A DNA stretch of 64,000 bases from TPA_inf: Saccharomyces. Lineage: Eukaryota. The first letter of the stretch is position 1. Each line of letters begins with the position of its first letter. Of the stretch, positions 1 through 11,858 are shown one piece after another. The stretch lies in contig BK006941.2 of assembly GCA_000146045.2 (NCBI GenBank), forward strand, positions 608,001 through 672,000. Reading direction: 5' to 3'. The notes beneath the pieces were generated by a model that searched no databases, was not told where the DNA came from, and worked only from the letters and a program-made list of their open reading frames with translations. The translations under genes and the position numbers were made by a program.

Positions 1-1101
1 CGTTATAAAAGCATTGTAGAAGGAGATGGAACACACCTTAATTTCAACGTCATCGATACACCTGGTTTTGGTAACAATATGGATAATGCATTTACGTGGA
101 GGACAATGGTTAACTATATTGATGAAGAAATAAGATCGTACATTTTCCAAGAAGAACAACCTGATAGGACAAAAATGGTTGATAATAGAGTCCATTGTTG
201 TTTGTACTTTCTGAGACCTTCAAATAAGGGAATTGATACTTTAGACGTCGTAACAATGAAAAAATTAGCGAAGAGAGTGAATTTAATCCCGGTTATTGCT
301 AAATCAGATTTGCTAACGAAAGAGGAATTGAAAAACTTCAAAACACAAGTTAGAGAAATAATAAGAGTACAAGATATCCCTGTATGTTTCTTTTTCGGCG
401 ATGAAGTTTTGAATGCAACACAAGATATTTTTCAAAAATATCCATTCAGTATAATTGCATCTAATGAGTACATTTTTAATGAAAAGGGCGAAAAAGTTAA
501 AGGAAGACAATACAAATGGGGCGCTGTTGACATTGAAAATGAAAAGTACTGTGACTTCAAAATCTTGCAAAAGACGATTTTTGATTGGAATTTAATTGAT
601 CTTGTAGAAAGTACCGAGGATTATTATGAAAAATGCAGATCTGAAATGCTAAGAACTAGGCTATTAAAGGCCAGAGATTGCTTAACAACGAAAAGTGTTG
701 ACATAACGGAAGAACAAAGGAAATTTTTGGAGGAAGAAATGAACTTCGATGAAATCGAGGAAAACAAACTCAAAAATTACAAGTGCTATGAAATAATTAA
801 TAAAACGGTCATGGATAAGGTGGCTACAGAATGGGATCCTGAATTTATAACTAGACAATTAGAAGCTAAGAAAAAATTCAACGAGCTGTCCAACAGAGAA
901 ATTTCAAAATTTCGAGACTGGAAAAAGAGCCTATTCATGGAACAAGAGAATTTTAACCAAGAGATTGAACAATTGAATCACAAGTTGGAAAACTTACAAC
1001 TGGAATGTCAGGACTTGGAATACAAGCTGTTAATCGGAAAAAGTTCCAACAGCCATTCCACAGATAGTGCTACTTTAGTAAACGTTCACATCAAAAGGTA
1101 G
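1..1101 (+). CDS. SPR3: Sporulation-specific septin, C-terminal ~367 codons; the 5' end lies upstream of the window
   Basis: The frame is open from position 1 (RYKSIVEGDGTHLNFNVIDTPGFGNN...). It contains the septin GTPase motif DTPGFG and a C-terminal coiled-coil, and the protein is recognisable as yeast Spr3. Stop codon at 1099-1101. Confidence 0.85.
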   Translation, partial: RYKSIVEGDGTHLNFNVIDTPGFGNNMDNAFTWRTMVNYIDEEIRSYIFQEEQPDRTKMVDNRVHCCLYFLRPSNKGIDTLDVVTMKKLAKRVNLIPVIAKSDLLTKEELKNFKTQVREIIRVQDIPVCFFFGDEVLNATQDIFQKYPFSIIASNEYIFNEKGEKVKGRQYKWGAVDIENEKYCDFKILQKTIFDWNLIDLVESTEDYYEKCRSEMLRTRLLKARDCLTTKSVDITEEQRKFLEEEMNFDEIEENKLKNYKCYEIINKTVMDKVATEWDPEFITRQLEAKKKFNELSNREISKFRDWKKSLFMEQENFNQEIEQLNHKLENLQLECQDLEYKLLIGKSSNSHSTDSATLVNVHIKR

Positions 1102-2080
1102 TATTAATTAAAAAAAAAAAAAAGCCAATAATTTCGCGCAAGCTTTGCTCTACATAATAAAAATACAATTAGGATAGAAATGAATATTTTTTTAGCGGCA
1201 GTTTTACCATAAGTAGCAAAACCCTAACAATACAATGTGAGACTAAAGTAAATCCGGGTAATACAAAATACAATTTTTTTTTATTCTTCACAGCGTTTTT
1301 TCGACGGAGGAGGGAAAAAAAAAAATTGTATTTAAGGCATCAAATGCGCGACATCATATACCTTTGTCCGCTGTTATCATACCTTGAACCTCTACATTTC
1401 AGCCTAGCGCGCGCAAAAAGAAAAAAAAATCATAAGCAAGAGTGGTACGGTAACCACAAGGCAATGCAAAGAAGGGTGCGATATCAAGTGATGTTACCTT
1501 CCTTTACTTTTTGCCTTTTTCTTGAATTGTCAATCCGCCCTTTTTTTCTTTTCAGTTTTTTCTCCTTTCATCCGTCTCGTTTATCATAATGATGATTTCA
1601 CTTATACCTATATGTTTTTTCTGGCATCTCTAATGTTAGGATGTGAAGTTTAAGTACTCTCCATTCAATGAATACAATTTTTGACAATATCTGATTTTAC
1701 TATGATTAAACAGACCGAGGGAGAAAAAAAAAAGGAACTAAAAAAGGGCCTACGTAGAAGATGATGTAAAAGTAGATTCGCATCTGAGAATGTTTTCTTC
1801 AAATTTTTCTTTTCGGCCTTGGCGCAGAAGACTTTCTCTTCGTCCGCGTCGTATAGGAAACAAAAAAGTGTAAAAAGTAAAAATCGGTATATTACGCAAT
1901 CCATTCGTTACCCGGTGTAGTCACGTGCGGGTGCGGAGGGCAGCCGTTTAAACCCGTTTGGGCCTTGGTCCGATAGAACCATCTCGCAGGAAAGAGCAGA
2001 GCCAGTTATCGGGTGTCGTTTACGCCCAGATGTCGTTTAGCCAGCTCCGCAACGGCCACTGCCACTACCACTGCCTCCCT

Positions 2081-2110
2081 TCGTATACGGGACACAGAGA
2101 TCGTATACGG
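2081..2110 (+). promoter_or_regulatory. Paired sterol regulatory elements (TCGTATA) in the ERG25 promoter
   Basis: An exact 10-bp direct repeat TCGTATACGG lies at 2081-2090 and 2101-2110, about 460-480 bp upstream of the ERG25 ATG. The 7-bp core TCGTATA is the Upc2/Ecm22 SRE. Confidence 0.7.
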
Positions 2111-2548
2111 TAAACGACTAGCACTAGGACAATAGCAACTAACAATGACCGATAACAGTCAGCAACCTCAAGGCACCTGGCACAAAACCGTCGAGGAAGA
2201 GGCCCTTTGCCACCGTATCGCATCGCTTTCCCACCAATTTTTTTTTTCTTGCTTGCCTCGCCTCTGCTGTGGTCGTATTATTATTATTCATTCTCTGCGC
2301 AGTTTAAACTATATACACACGATTAATCCGTTATGCATGTACATTTTCTTGTATGCGTACGCCTGTGTATGCATACTTCTATATAATATATAATACAGGA
2401 GGATCTATTCTTTTTTTTCTTCTTCTCTTCTTCTCTCCCTTTTTTCTCTCTCTTCGTTTCTTTCCTTCCAGTAAATCTTTATATTAGTTGTAACTTTTTC
2501 TCTTTAGATAGTAGCATAGAGGACTAAGGAAAAGTAGTACAGCCATAA

Positions 2549-3493
<945 letters not shown>

Positions 3494-3888
3494 GAGAAGA
3501 AACATACTTCAAAAAAAAAAAAAAGAAAAACAACAAAAAAACGTATAAAATGAAATAAATTTCGAACCGCTTTTTTTCCTTTTTTTTTTTTTTACTTTGT
3601 TTGACCTCCCCTAACTCTTTCTTTTTACCTTCACAATTGTTTATTTTAATATATGATTTTTAAATTAATTCAGGTTAATTCTAAAAACTATATTGCAATC
3701 TTTTAAATATATGTATACACGTTCATTACCACGTATACATATCCATATATATATATATATATATACATACTATTTATGATAAATTTTTAACAAGCAAACC
3801 CATTATTAAATGCTATAAATAAAAGACAGCTTCTTTCTAATTATTATTCAAACTTAAAAACTACATATACAAAAACTACAAAAATCTT

Positions 3889-6800
3889 TCAACCGACCCA
3901 TCTTCTGGCAGATCTGAATAATCTAATCCATGGACCGTATCCACCCCACTCTTCGTATTTGCCCTCTGGATACCAGGAATTGGCCTCCAATCTGCAAACT
4001 CTTTCAGGATGTGGCATCATGGCAAGCACTCTACCATTTGGTGACTTGATACCGGCAATACCATTGGTCGACCCATTGGGGTTGAAGGGGAACCTTTCGG
4101 TGACGTTACCGTAGTTGTCCACATACCTTATACAACATAAACCATCCTTTTCGAACTTTTCCAGTTGTTCAGCGCTTTTAGAAAATGTTGCTTTACCTTC
4201 ACCATGTGCGACAGCAATTGGCAATTTGGATCCTGCCATGCCATTCAAGAAAACAGATTCCTCGCTAGAATTGTCCTTTTCTTGAGATATTTGCACCATA
4301 CATACACGGGCTTCATATTGTTCACTAACATTTCTTTCGAAACTTGGCCAGTTTTCACACCCGGGTATGATATCTTTTAATCTACTCAAGAATTGACAAC
4401 CATTACAAGCACCAAAAGCAAATGTATCTTGTCTTTCATTGAAGAACTTAGAAAATTGCGAGCGCACACCTTCGTGATACAATACGGATTTAGCCCAACC
4501 CGCACCTGCACCTAAGACATCACCATAAGAGAAACCACCACATGCGGCAAGACCGATGAAGTCATCCAAATGGAACCTACCTTCTAGCAAATCTGTCATA
4601 GTGACATCCACTGAGTTGAATCCAGCTTGTTGGAAGCACCATGCCATTTCCATTTGACCGTTCACACCTTGCTCTCTTAAGATAGCAACCTTTGGCCTTT
4701 GACTGGATAATTCTAATCCGATCTTCATATCATCGGCTGGGTTGTATGTTAGGGCATACTGCAAACCGGGATCTCTATCGTCCGTGATACTGGCAAACTC
4801 TTCTTCGGCTGTTTTTGGATTGTCTCTCAATTTCTGCATTTCGTAAGATGTCTTACTCCAAGTTTGCTCCAATTCAGATCTCGAATTGGCGTAAATTACA
4901 TCATTTGTTGTGGAGTTAATAATCTTGATTTCCTGGCTTTGGAAGGATGGCTTACCAACAATAGAAATATATTCTTTAGCAACTCCGTTCTCGTTCAAGA
5001 TTTTTTCGAACTTGCTCAAGTTCTTAGCAGAAATCTGGAATACTGCACCTAATTCTTCATTGAATAGGTTTGTTAATTGACTTTCTAGGTCTCCACCGTC
5101 AATGTTGATTTCTAAGCCGCATCTGGAAGCAAATGCCATTTCCAGTAAAGTGATTAGTAGACCACCATCAGACCTATCATGGTAGGCAAGCACTATATCC
5201 TCCTTTTGTTGATGCAATTGGATTAAACTTTCCAAGAAACCCTTCAAAATGGCGTTATCATACACAGTAGGCGACTTGTTACCAACTTGGTTGTAAACTT
5301 GCAACAAAGCAGAGGCACCTAGTGACTTAGTCTCTTGTTTAGCTGATAGATCAACCAAGACAAGGACAGAATCATCTGTGTTTCTATTTAGCAATGGAGT
5401 CCACGTTTTACTAGTGTTGAAAACTGGTGCAAATGCTGTGATATTCAATGACAATGGTGCAGTAACTTCCTTATCATCCCATTTCATCTTCATGGACATG
5501 GAATCCTTACCAACAGGGATAGCAACACCTAATGCAGGACATAAATCCAGACCTAATGCTTGAACGGCTTCATATAACTTAGAACCCTCACCTTGATGAG
5601 AGGCTGGAGACATCCAGTTAGCAGATAGCTTGATATGATTTAAAGATTTCACATCAGCAGCGAATATGTTCAATAAAGATTCTGCCACAGATAATTTAGC
5701 GGAAGCAGATGCGGAGATTAGGGCGTTAACTGGTTTTTCACCCATAGCCATGGCTTCACCTGTGGAAATTATTGTCTCACCCAAAGAGGTACCGGTAACA
5801 CCGACATCCGCAACAGGTACTTGCCAAGGACCAACAAATTGATCCCTATCAATTAGACCTGTGACGGATCTGTCACCAATAGTAATCAAAAATGACTTTG
5901 AGCCAACAGATGGTAAGTTTAGAACTCTTTGAATAGCATCTTGTAGGGAAGGAATTTCGCTCAAATTTGCCTCTGGTAGATTTAGTGCTTCAGTTATGGT
6001 TTCTCTTGACATCTTTGGAGGCTTACCAAATAAAATTGGCATTTCTAAATCAATTGGAGTTGTTTTCAAAAGAGGATCTTCTACAATCAATTTTTGTTCA
6101 GCGGTTGCGTGACCGACGACAGCAAATGGTGCTCTTTCTCTCTTACAGATTTCCTCGAAAATGGATAAGTCTTGAGGAGAAACACCAAGAACATAACGTT
6201 CTTGTGATTCATTACACCAAATTTCCATTGGTGACATACCAGGTTCTAAGGAGAGGACCTTTCTAATATCGAATTTAGCACCCAAGTCATTGTCATGAAC
6301 CAATTCTGGCAAAGCGTTGGATAACCCACCAGCACCAACATCGTGAATAGATTGGATAGGATTATTGTTACCTAAGGCAACACAAGCGTCAATCACTTGT
6401 TGGCAACGACGTTCCATTTCGGGGTTCCCTCTTTGTACAGAAGCAAAATCCAAATCGGCGGAACCTTCACCGGAAGCTACAGAAGAAGCAGCACCACCAC
6501 CTAAACCAATCAGCATAGATTGACCACCAAGTACAATTAAACAAGAGCCTGGAGTTATTGGGGTGTTCTTCAAAGCAAATTGAGGTCTAACAGTACCGAA
6601 ACCACCCGCAATCATAATTGGCTTGTGGAACCCTCTGATTTCCTCCTTCCCTTGGTGATTCAAAACCTTTGTAGTTAAAGTTCTGAAGTAACCGTTTATA
6701 CAAGGTCTACCAAACTCATTGTTAAATGCAGCTGAACCCAAAGGAGCCTCAATCATAATATCTAATGCAGATGCAATATGGTAAGGCTTACCAATATTCA

Positions 6801-7965
6801 ACTCCCAAGGTTGTTCATTACCTGGTATCAAAAGGTCGCTGACAGAGAATCCACTCAAACCACACTTAGTCTTGGAACCTCTGCCTGTAGCACCCTCGTC
6901 TCTGATTTCACCACCAGAACCTGTAGCAGCACCTGGGAAAGGAGACACGGCTGTTGGATGGTTGTGAGTTTCGACTTTGATAAGTAATGGAATTCTTTCC
7001 TTTGTAGAGGTCCATTCCTTTGTAGTTGAATTTGGTGCAAAGAAAAAGGCATCATTTTCACTATCCAAAACGGCTGCATTATCAGAATAGGCGCTAATAG
7101 TATATTCTGGGTTTAATTTATGGGTATTTCTAATCATTTGAAACAAGGTGAATTGTTGTTTTATTCCATCAATGGTCCAATCAGCATTGAAGATCTTGTG
7201 ACGACAATGTTCAGAATTAACTTGAGCGAACATAAATAACTCAACATCAGTAGGATCTCTTTTCATAGTTTCGACGAATGCATGAATCAAATATTCCATT
7301 TCTCCACTATCTAGAGCTAAACCCAATTCCGTATTAGCTTTGGATAAAATATCCTTTGGAGACTGTTTAGTGTCCTTAGGAGTTAAAGGAACGTGAACTA
7401 ATGGCTTTGGCTCTTCATGTGTGAAAATACTCATCGTATTTGGTGGTTCGGTCAGATATAATTGTTGTGTCATCCTATCGTAGACACACTTCAATGAAAT
7501 ATCATTTAGATTTTCCAAAAGAGGGAAACCTGGAACAGTCTTTATGAGTAAGGCTAAACCTCTTTCAATACGTTGAACTTTGTCTTGTAGCCCGCATACA
7601 TGAGCAATATTAGTAGCCTTGGAAGACCAAGGAGAGATAGTGCCTGATCTAGGAACAACTCTAATCAAATATGTGTCTTCGCCAAGAGCTGAACTGGGTA
7701 AATTATTAGCGACAGCATCGTTTAATTGTCTTGCTAATGGATCGTTAGCAATATCTAAAGCAGAATCGTAAGTCAACAAAACTTCTAGCAATTTAGTGTC
7801 CTGTTCAGACAAATTTTGAGCGATGCCGTTGACATAGTGAATGTAACACGAACGCAATTCATTGATGACAGAAGTACTGTTTGTATAGGAGTTTATATCT
7901 TTAATTAGATTATCGACTCTGAACTGAGATAAGGCCTTGGGACCCGGCAAAATATAATCAGTCAT
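3889..7965 (-). CDS. ADE6: Phosphoribosylformylglycinamidine (FGAM) synthase, 1358 aa
   Basis: Large single ORF with the PurL-type FGAM synthetase domain plus a C-terminal glutamine-amidotransferase domain (the window shows ...GACNGCQ...HPERV... motifs). Recognised as yeast Ade6. Confidence 0.95.
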   Translation of the reverse strand: MTDYILPGPKALSQFRVDNLIKDINSYTNSTSVINELRSCYIHYVNGIAQNLSEQDTKLLEVLLTYDSALDIANDPLARQLNDAVANNLPSSALGEDTYLIRVVPRSGTISPWSSKATNIAHVCGLQDKVQRIERGLALLIKTVPGFPLLENLNDISLKCVYDRMTQQLYLTEPPNTMSIFTHEEPKPLVHVPLTPKDTKQSPKDILSKANTELGLALDSGEMEYLIHAFVETMKRDPTDVELFMFAQVNSEHCRHKIFNADWTIDGIKQQFTLFQMIRNTHKLNPEYTISAYSDNAAVLDSENDAFFFAPNSTTKEWTSTKERIPLLIKVETHNHPTAVSPFPGAATGSGGEIRDEGATGRGSKTKCGLSGFSVSDLLIPGNEQPWELNIGKPYHIASALDIMIEAPLGSAAFNNEFGRPCINGYFRTLTTKVLNHQGKEEIRGFHKPIMIAGGFGTVRPQFALKNTPITPGSCLIVLGGQSMLIGLGGGAASSVASGEGSADLDFASVQRGNPEMERRCQQVIDACVALGNNNPIQSIHDVGAGGLSNALPELVHDNDLGAKFDIRKVLSLEPGMSPMEIWCNESQERYVLGVSPQDLSIFEEICKRERAPFAVVGHATAEQKLIVEDPLLKTTPIDLEMPILFGKPPKMSRETITEALNLPEANLSEIPSLQDAIQRVLNLPSVGSKSFLITIGDRSVTGLIDRDQFVGPWQVPVADVGVTGTSLGETIISTGEAMAMGEKPVNALISASASAKLSVAESLLNIFAADVKSLNHIKLSANWMSPASHQGEGSKLYEAVQALGLDLCPALGVAIPVGKDSMSMKMKWDDKEVTAPLSLNITAFAPVFNTSKTWTPLLNRNTDDSVLVLVDLSAKQETKSLGASALLQVYNQVGNKSPTVYDNAILKGFLESLIQLHQQKEDIVLAYHDRSDGGLLITLLEMAFASRCGLEINIDGGDLESQLTNLFNEELGAVFQISAKNLSKFEKILNENGVAKEYISIVGKPSFQSQEIKIINSTTNDVIYANSRSELEQTWSKTSYEMQKLRDNPKTAEEEFASITDDRDPGLQYALTYNPADDMKIGLELSSQRPKVAILREQGVNGQMEMAWCFQQAGFNSVDVTMTDLLEGRFHLDDFIGLAACGGFSYGDVLGAGAGWAKSVLYHEGVRSQFSKFFNERQDTFAFGACNGCQFLSRLKDIIPGCENWPSFERNVSEQYEARVCMVQISQEKDNSSEESVFLNGMAGSKLPIAVAHGEGKATFSKSAEQLEKFEKDGLCCIRYVDNYGNVTERFPFNPNGSTNGIAGIKSPNGRVLAMMPHPERVCRLEANSWYPEGKYEEWGGYGPWIRLFRSARRWVG

Positions 7966-8327
7966 TGAACTTGACTTCTTTTGTTATGGACCTGGGAGGA
8001 TTAAACTCTTAGGGATATCGCTAAGATAAAAGTAGAAGAGAAATATACTTCGAGGCAGGGACAGCCAATTATTTAAATACGTATGTCAAGGTTTTCAAAG
8101 AAAGAAAGAGTTAAATAGCAAGATATATTGCATTTATTACGGCATCATCTGTTTAATGAGTCCTCATTCAATTTTTTTTTTTTTTTTTCAATTTCAAGTT
8201 CGACGAGAAATTTGGAAAAACGGGTCAGCAGGAAAGAGTCAGGAACGGTTGAAGGATATTGAAAGTCATTTTTGTTTATTTACAAGCTGATGTAGAATTA
8301 CATATCCTATCTATGCGTCAGCTTCAC

Positions 8328-9278
8328 TCATCGTTGGTAAGGATAAATCCAATTTAATATGATATTTTGCACCAGGGAGAATAGCTGTGATGATATCCAA
8401 TAGAGCGAAAGAAGGAATGGAGCCTGTGAGGACATTGCTAGCATAACGACACAACCGAGTCTCGATACGTTCAGTATACTAGTCATTGCCTCTTGGACTC
8501 TTGTCGAATTCCTTGAAATTGTCTTTATACCTTGCGATGACAAACTTGAGCTAAACATCAGTCGGCCATTGAGTTCCACGTTTAATACCGCCAGAGTCCC
8601 CACCAAAATGGGCGCTAGTAGAGGCATTGCTACTAGCGGTGAGCTTAGATCAAAGGAACTGAAACCCAGTGCGGAAAACCAGGAAGGATAAAAACTTTCT
8701 ATAAGCTGTGTCTCTGTTAGGGTCCTGATGCCCATGGAGACTGTGACCCAAAGAGGAATTTGCACCATTGGCAGTAAGGCATTTTTCCATAGGGGTACAT
8801 TGTACTTCTTGAATAATTTTTTCTGCCTCTTTCTTGTCTCTTTCACTGCCAATAGTGTAATTTGTTCTGGTGTCAAAACGCCAGCATTCTGTAGTTGTAA
8901 CGGCATGAAAGAACCGTTGGAGCTAATTCTGGCGGCATTTCTAGACTTTTTATTAGTAACGGCTGCCAGTCGAAGTTTAATAATGGGCGTTATTGGCTGT
9001 ACTAATTTCCTCAGTTCTTGTTGTTTCAAAATTCTCCTCCGCTGCCATATACTGAATGGCAGCGTCACGAGGGTTCTAAGGGTCATAGTAGTCAAAGGAA
9101 CAAGCACTATCCATGGTATATGTGAGGCTTCATGCACTGTTAAAAACGTGTCCGCTACACTTTGAAAAAGTGAAAAGCTTCTCTTTGTACTTGGATTAGT
9201 CCTACCATATCGCAGACCGACTGAGCTGCACGAGAATGACGCAAAACCATTTTGACGATTGGCTAACCTCTTTAACAT
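8328..9278 (-). CDS. COX18: Mitochondrial inner-membrane insertase of the Oxa1/YidC family, 316 aa
   Basis: Hydrophobic multi-TM ORF with an N-terminal basic presequence. Its position between ADE6 and SPT4 matches the reference gene order. Confidence 0.85.
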   Translation of the reverse strand: MLKRLANRQNGFASFSCSSVGLRYGRTNPSTKRSFSLFQSVADTFLTVHEASHIPWIVLVPLTTMTLRTLVTLPFSIWQRRRILKQQELRKLVQPITPIIKLRLAAVTNKKSRNAARISSNGSFMPLQLQNAGVLTPEQITLLAVKETRKRQKKLFKKYNVPLWKNALLPMVQIPLWVTVSMGIRTLTETQLIESFYPSWFSALGFSSFDLSSPLVAMPLLAPILVGTLAVLNVELNGRLMFSSSLSSQGIKTISRNSTRVQEAMTSILNVSRLGCVVMLAMSSQAPFLLSLYWISSQLFSLVQNIILNWIYPYQR

Positions 9279-9515
9279 AATGCCATACTTTATCTTGAAA
9301 TTTTCCTATCCTTGGACCTTTTTTTTCTAATGAAAGTCTTTTTAGCCTTAGTTGAATTACTGGACGGTAGAAAAATTGGGTTTGCCAGCAAAAACAAAAG
9401 TGCAGAACGTTAAATAAATGAAAGCATAAACTCATATGCTAGAATATTTACTAAAAAAAAAAAAAAGTAAAAAAAATTCATTACTATTATACATGTGATA
9501 TCAGAACGGAAGGTT

Positions 9516-9824
9516 TTACTCAACTTGACTGCCATCCCTCGGTTTGTAGTGAGGCAACAGCTCCACAACCTCAGCTGGTAGTCTACCATCGACCTTGATG
9601 GCGTACATACCAGCTATACTATGATCTACGCTCAGCCACTTTGCTACCCACGACTTAGTAGGCTTACACATTCCTACGAGGCCCTCGAAAGAAGGCGACG
9701 TACATTCCATTGTAGAAACACCTGCCTCTTCAAAAATACCCTGACAGTTGGGACAACCATCTCTATTAAACTCATTTGTGGTCTGCACTATGCCACACAG
9801 CATACAGGCTCTTTCACTAGACAT
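9516..9824 (-). CDS. SPT4: Transcription elongation factor Spt4 (DSIF small subunit), 102 aa
   Basis: [28 protein letters not shown]... shows the four-Cys zinc ribbon and is an exact-looking Spt4. Confidence 0.95.
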
Positions 9825-9989
9825 CTCTTACACTGTACCTCGTTCGCTTTTGCCAAACTGAATGTGGCCAGGTGTAATTATTACACAGTACATCCTTCGA
9901 GCCCTTTCTTAAATTTCACTTTTTCACTCGATTTCACTCATAGAACGTATAAGGTGACCTTTATCAACATCGAGATTAATTATAGATAG
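9621..9989 (+). other. Dubious ORF antisense to SPT4 (corresponds to YGR064W)
   Basis: A 122-aa ORF lying fully within and opposite to SPT4. It is low-complexity and has no recognisable domain, so it is unlikely to be coding. Confidence 0.3.
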
Positions 9990-10076
9990 AAGATGATTAA
10001 ATTATATACATGAATATATTTATTTGAGGTATGGTGTCTAAAGCGTAATATACCTATCTACTTCACGTAAATTGGA

Positions 10077-11858
10077 CTACGAGGACCGCTTTAAATAGTA
10101 GTAACCATCTCTTTCCTCCATATTTTTCTTTACAAATTCTGGAAGCTCTTCACCCTTATTACTATCATACAAGATGATACCATTACCTAGAGCATGTTTC
10201 TTTTCGTTTCTCTTGTAAAAAAAAAGTACAACAAACGTCCATAAACCGTAAATAGCACCAAAAATTAAGCTCACGGTGTAACCAGTCTTAAAACGTGGTG
10301 ACTCCACGGTAGGCCACGCCAAGGTAGGAATCCAGGCGTAAGTGGATTGAGAGAAGGAATAAATGGCGATCCATGTAATAGCCTTCACCTGAGGATCAAA
10401 CCTTAAGAAGTCATTAATAAACGACCATAGACAAGGCGATGCGGCCACACTGAAATACGTGGTGAAGAAAGCGTACCATTTAGCTTTCGAAGGAATATCC
10501 CACTTGATAAGTAAGGCACAAGAAACGGTATTCATTATAGCAGCAAAAACCATGAATATCCACTTACATCTAAATAAATCGGCACCAAAGGCACAAAAAA
10601 TCACATACGCAAATCCTAAACATGCGGGTATAACACTCAGGTTGTTCACTTGGGCAATGGAGTACTTTGTATTAGACTTTAACCACAAAGTATATGAACC
10701 ACTATACGCAGTCATGTTATTCCACGAACATGTATCAAAAACAACAAGTACCCAGAATGCTGGAGTACAAAATACTTTCTTCCAAAGTTTTCTGCTCCAT
10801 AATGGGGCTAGCTTACTTTTATCAACACCATCTTTGATTTGGTTCCTCTTATTTCTGGCCCTTGCAATTCGTATTTCTTCGTCAGTCAGAAATAAAGAGT
10901 AACACTTAGATGGTACACCGGGAATAACAAAAAAACCAATAATAGCCGTGGGAAGAGAAATTGCAATGGCATCGATCAGAAACATCCATCTCCAGCCTGC
11001 TAGACCATGGACGCCGTTCAAACTTTTGAATATGCGACTTTGCAGAAGTCCTGAAGTCACGGAACCCAATTGTTGCCCACAAAAGAATAAACAGACTCTT
11101 GAATTAATTTCATCTGGGGCATACCAACAACCTAGTATATATTGGGACACTGGGTAGTAAGCAGCGCCAAAGGCACTTAAAATAAATCTGTAAGCCCTTA
11201 GTTCGGCTAGTGAGTTTGCCCTATAACATGCAAATGTGAACCAAGTCCAGCCCAAGTCCATTACAGGCAAAATAATATGAGAGGGAAATCTTGGTAACAA
11301 ATACATAAATGGTAATTGGAAGACAATGGCACCAACATTAGCAATAGTAGAAGTGTAAACGTAATCATTACCTTTCATGTTTAAATCTTCCTTCATATTG
11401 GAAACATATGCGTTAGTGTAGTTATTCAAATCCACTGACTTGGACCAACATAACATAAAAAAGTATAAAGCAATAATAATGTCTAGCTTGTAAAGAAGCC
11501 GTCTTTCAGCCTTGGTTTGAGTAGTATGATTAGGATACAAAAACTCGTACCACTTACGTGATTTCTTGTATTCCTTATTAACACGATACTCGAATTCATC
11601 AAAATATTTCCACCATTTACGCCCAGCTTCATCTCTCACTTCATATGGCAAGTCATGCCTTAAATTGTGAGGATGAGGTTCTACAGCTGTAGTTTCTGCC
11701 GTAACGTCTGTCTTCGAGGACTTATCTACGCTATGATGTAGCTCCTCTTCAGCTATGATACTGGAGTTAGTATCGTCTGAGTATAAGTACTGATCATCTT
11801 CGGGTAGTTTTCTCAAATGTGGGAAGTAGCTCCTCCACGATTTATTCGAAATTGTCAT
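10077..11858 (-). CDS. VHT1: Plasma-membrane H+/biotin (vitamin H) symporter, MFS/allantoate-permease family, 593 aa
   Basis: 12-TM major-facilitator-like ORF with a hydrophilic N-terminus. Recognised as Vht1. Confidence 0.9.
   Translation of the reverse strand: MTISNKSWRSYFPHLRKLPEDDQYLYSDDTNSSIIAEEELHHSVDKSSKTDVTAETTAVEPHPHNLRHDLPYEVRDEAGRKWWKYFDEFEYRVNKEYKKSRKWYEFLYPNHTTQTKAERRLLYKLDIIIALYFFMLCWSKSVDLNNYTNAYVSNMKEDLNMKGNDYVYTSTIANVGAIVFQLPFMYLLPRFPSHIILPVMDLGWTWFTFACYRANSLAELRAYRFILSAFGAAYYPVSQYILGCWYAPDEINSRVCLFFCGQQLGSVTSGLLQSRIFKSLNGVHGLAGWRWMFLIDAIAISLPTAIIGFFVIPGVPSKCYSLFLTDEEIRIARARNKRNQIKDGVDKSKLAPLWSRKLWKKVFCTPAFWVLVVFDTCSWNNMTAYSGSYTLWLKSNTKYSIAQVNNLSVIPACLGFAYVIFCAFGADLFRCKWIFMVFAAIMNTVSCALLIKWDIPSKAKWYAFFTTYFSVAASPCLWSFINDFLRFDPQVKAITWIAIYSFSQSTYAWIPTLAWPTVESPRFKTGYTVSLIFGAIYGLWTFVVLFFYKRNEKKHALGNGIILYDSNKGEELPEFVKKNMEERDGYYYLKRSS

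Noticed and set aside
1949-1956. A GTTTAAAC (PmeI) octamer, considered as a possible engineering scar
   Set aside because: It is embedded in contiguous native-looking promoter sequence, and the intergenic length equals the reference. There is no flanking linker or marker sequence.
1326-2393. Small intergenic ORFs (1326-1589, 1665-1904, 2145-2393) between SPR3 and ERG25
   Set aside because: They are short and low-complexity, and they overlap the ERG25 promoter elements. There is no codon-usage or homology support.
3889-7965. Numerous 60-150-aa ORFs nested in or antisense to ADE6, ROM1, ENV11, UTP22, GCD2 and other long genes
   Set aside because: They are entirely contained within well-supported long CDSs. 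This is typical six-frame noise with no independent evidence.
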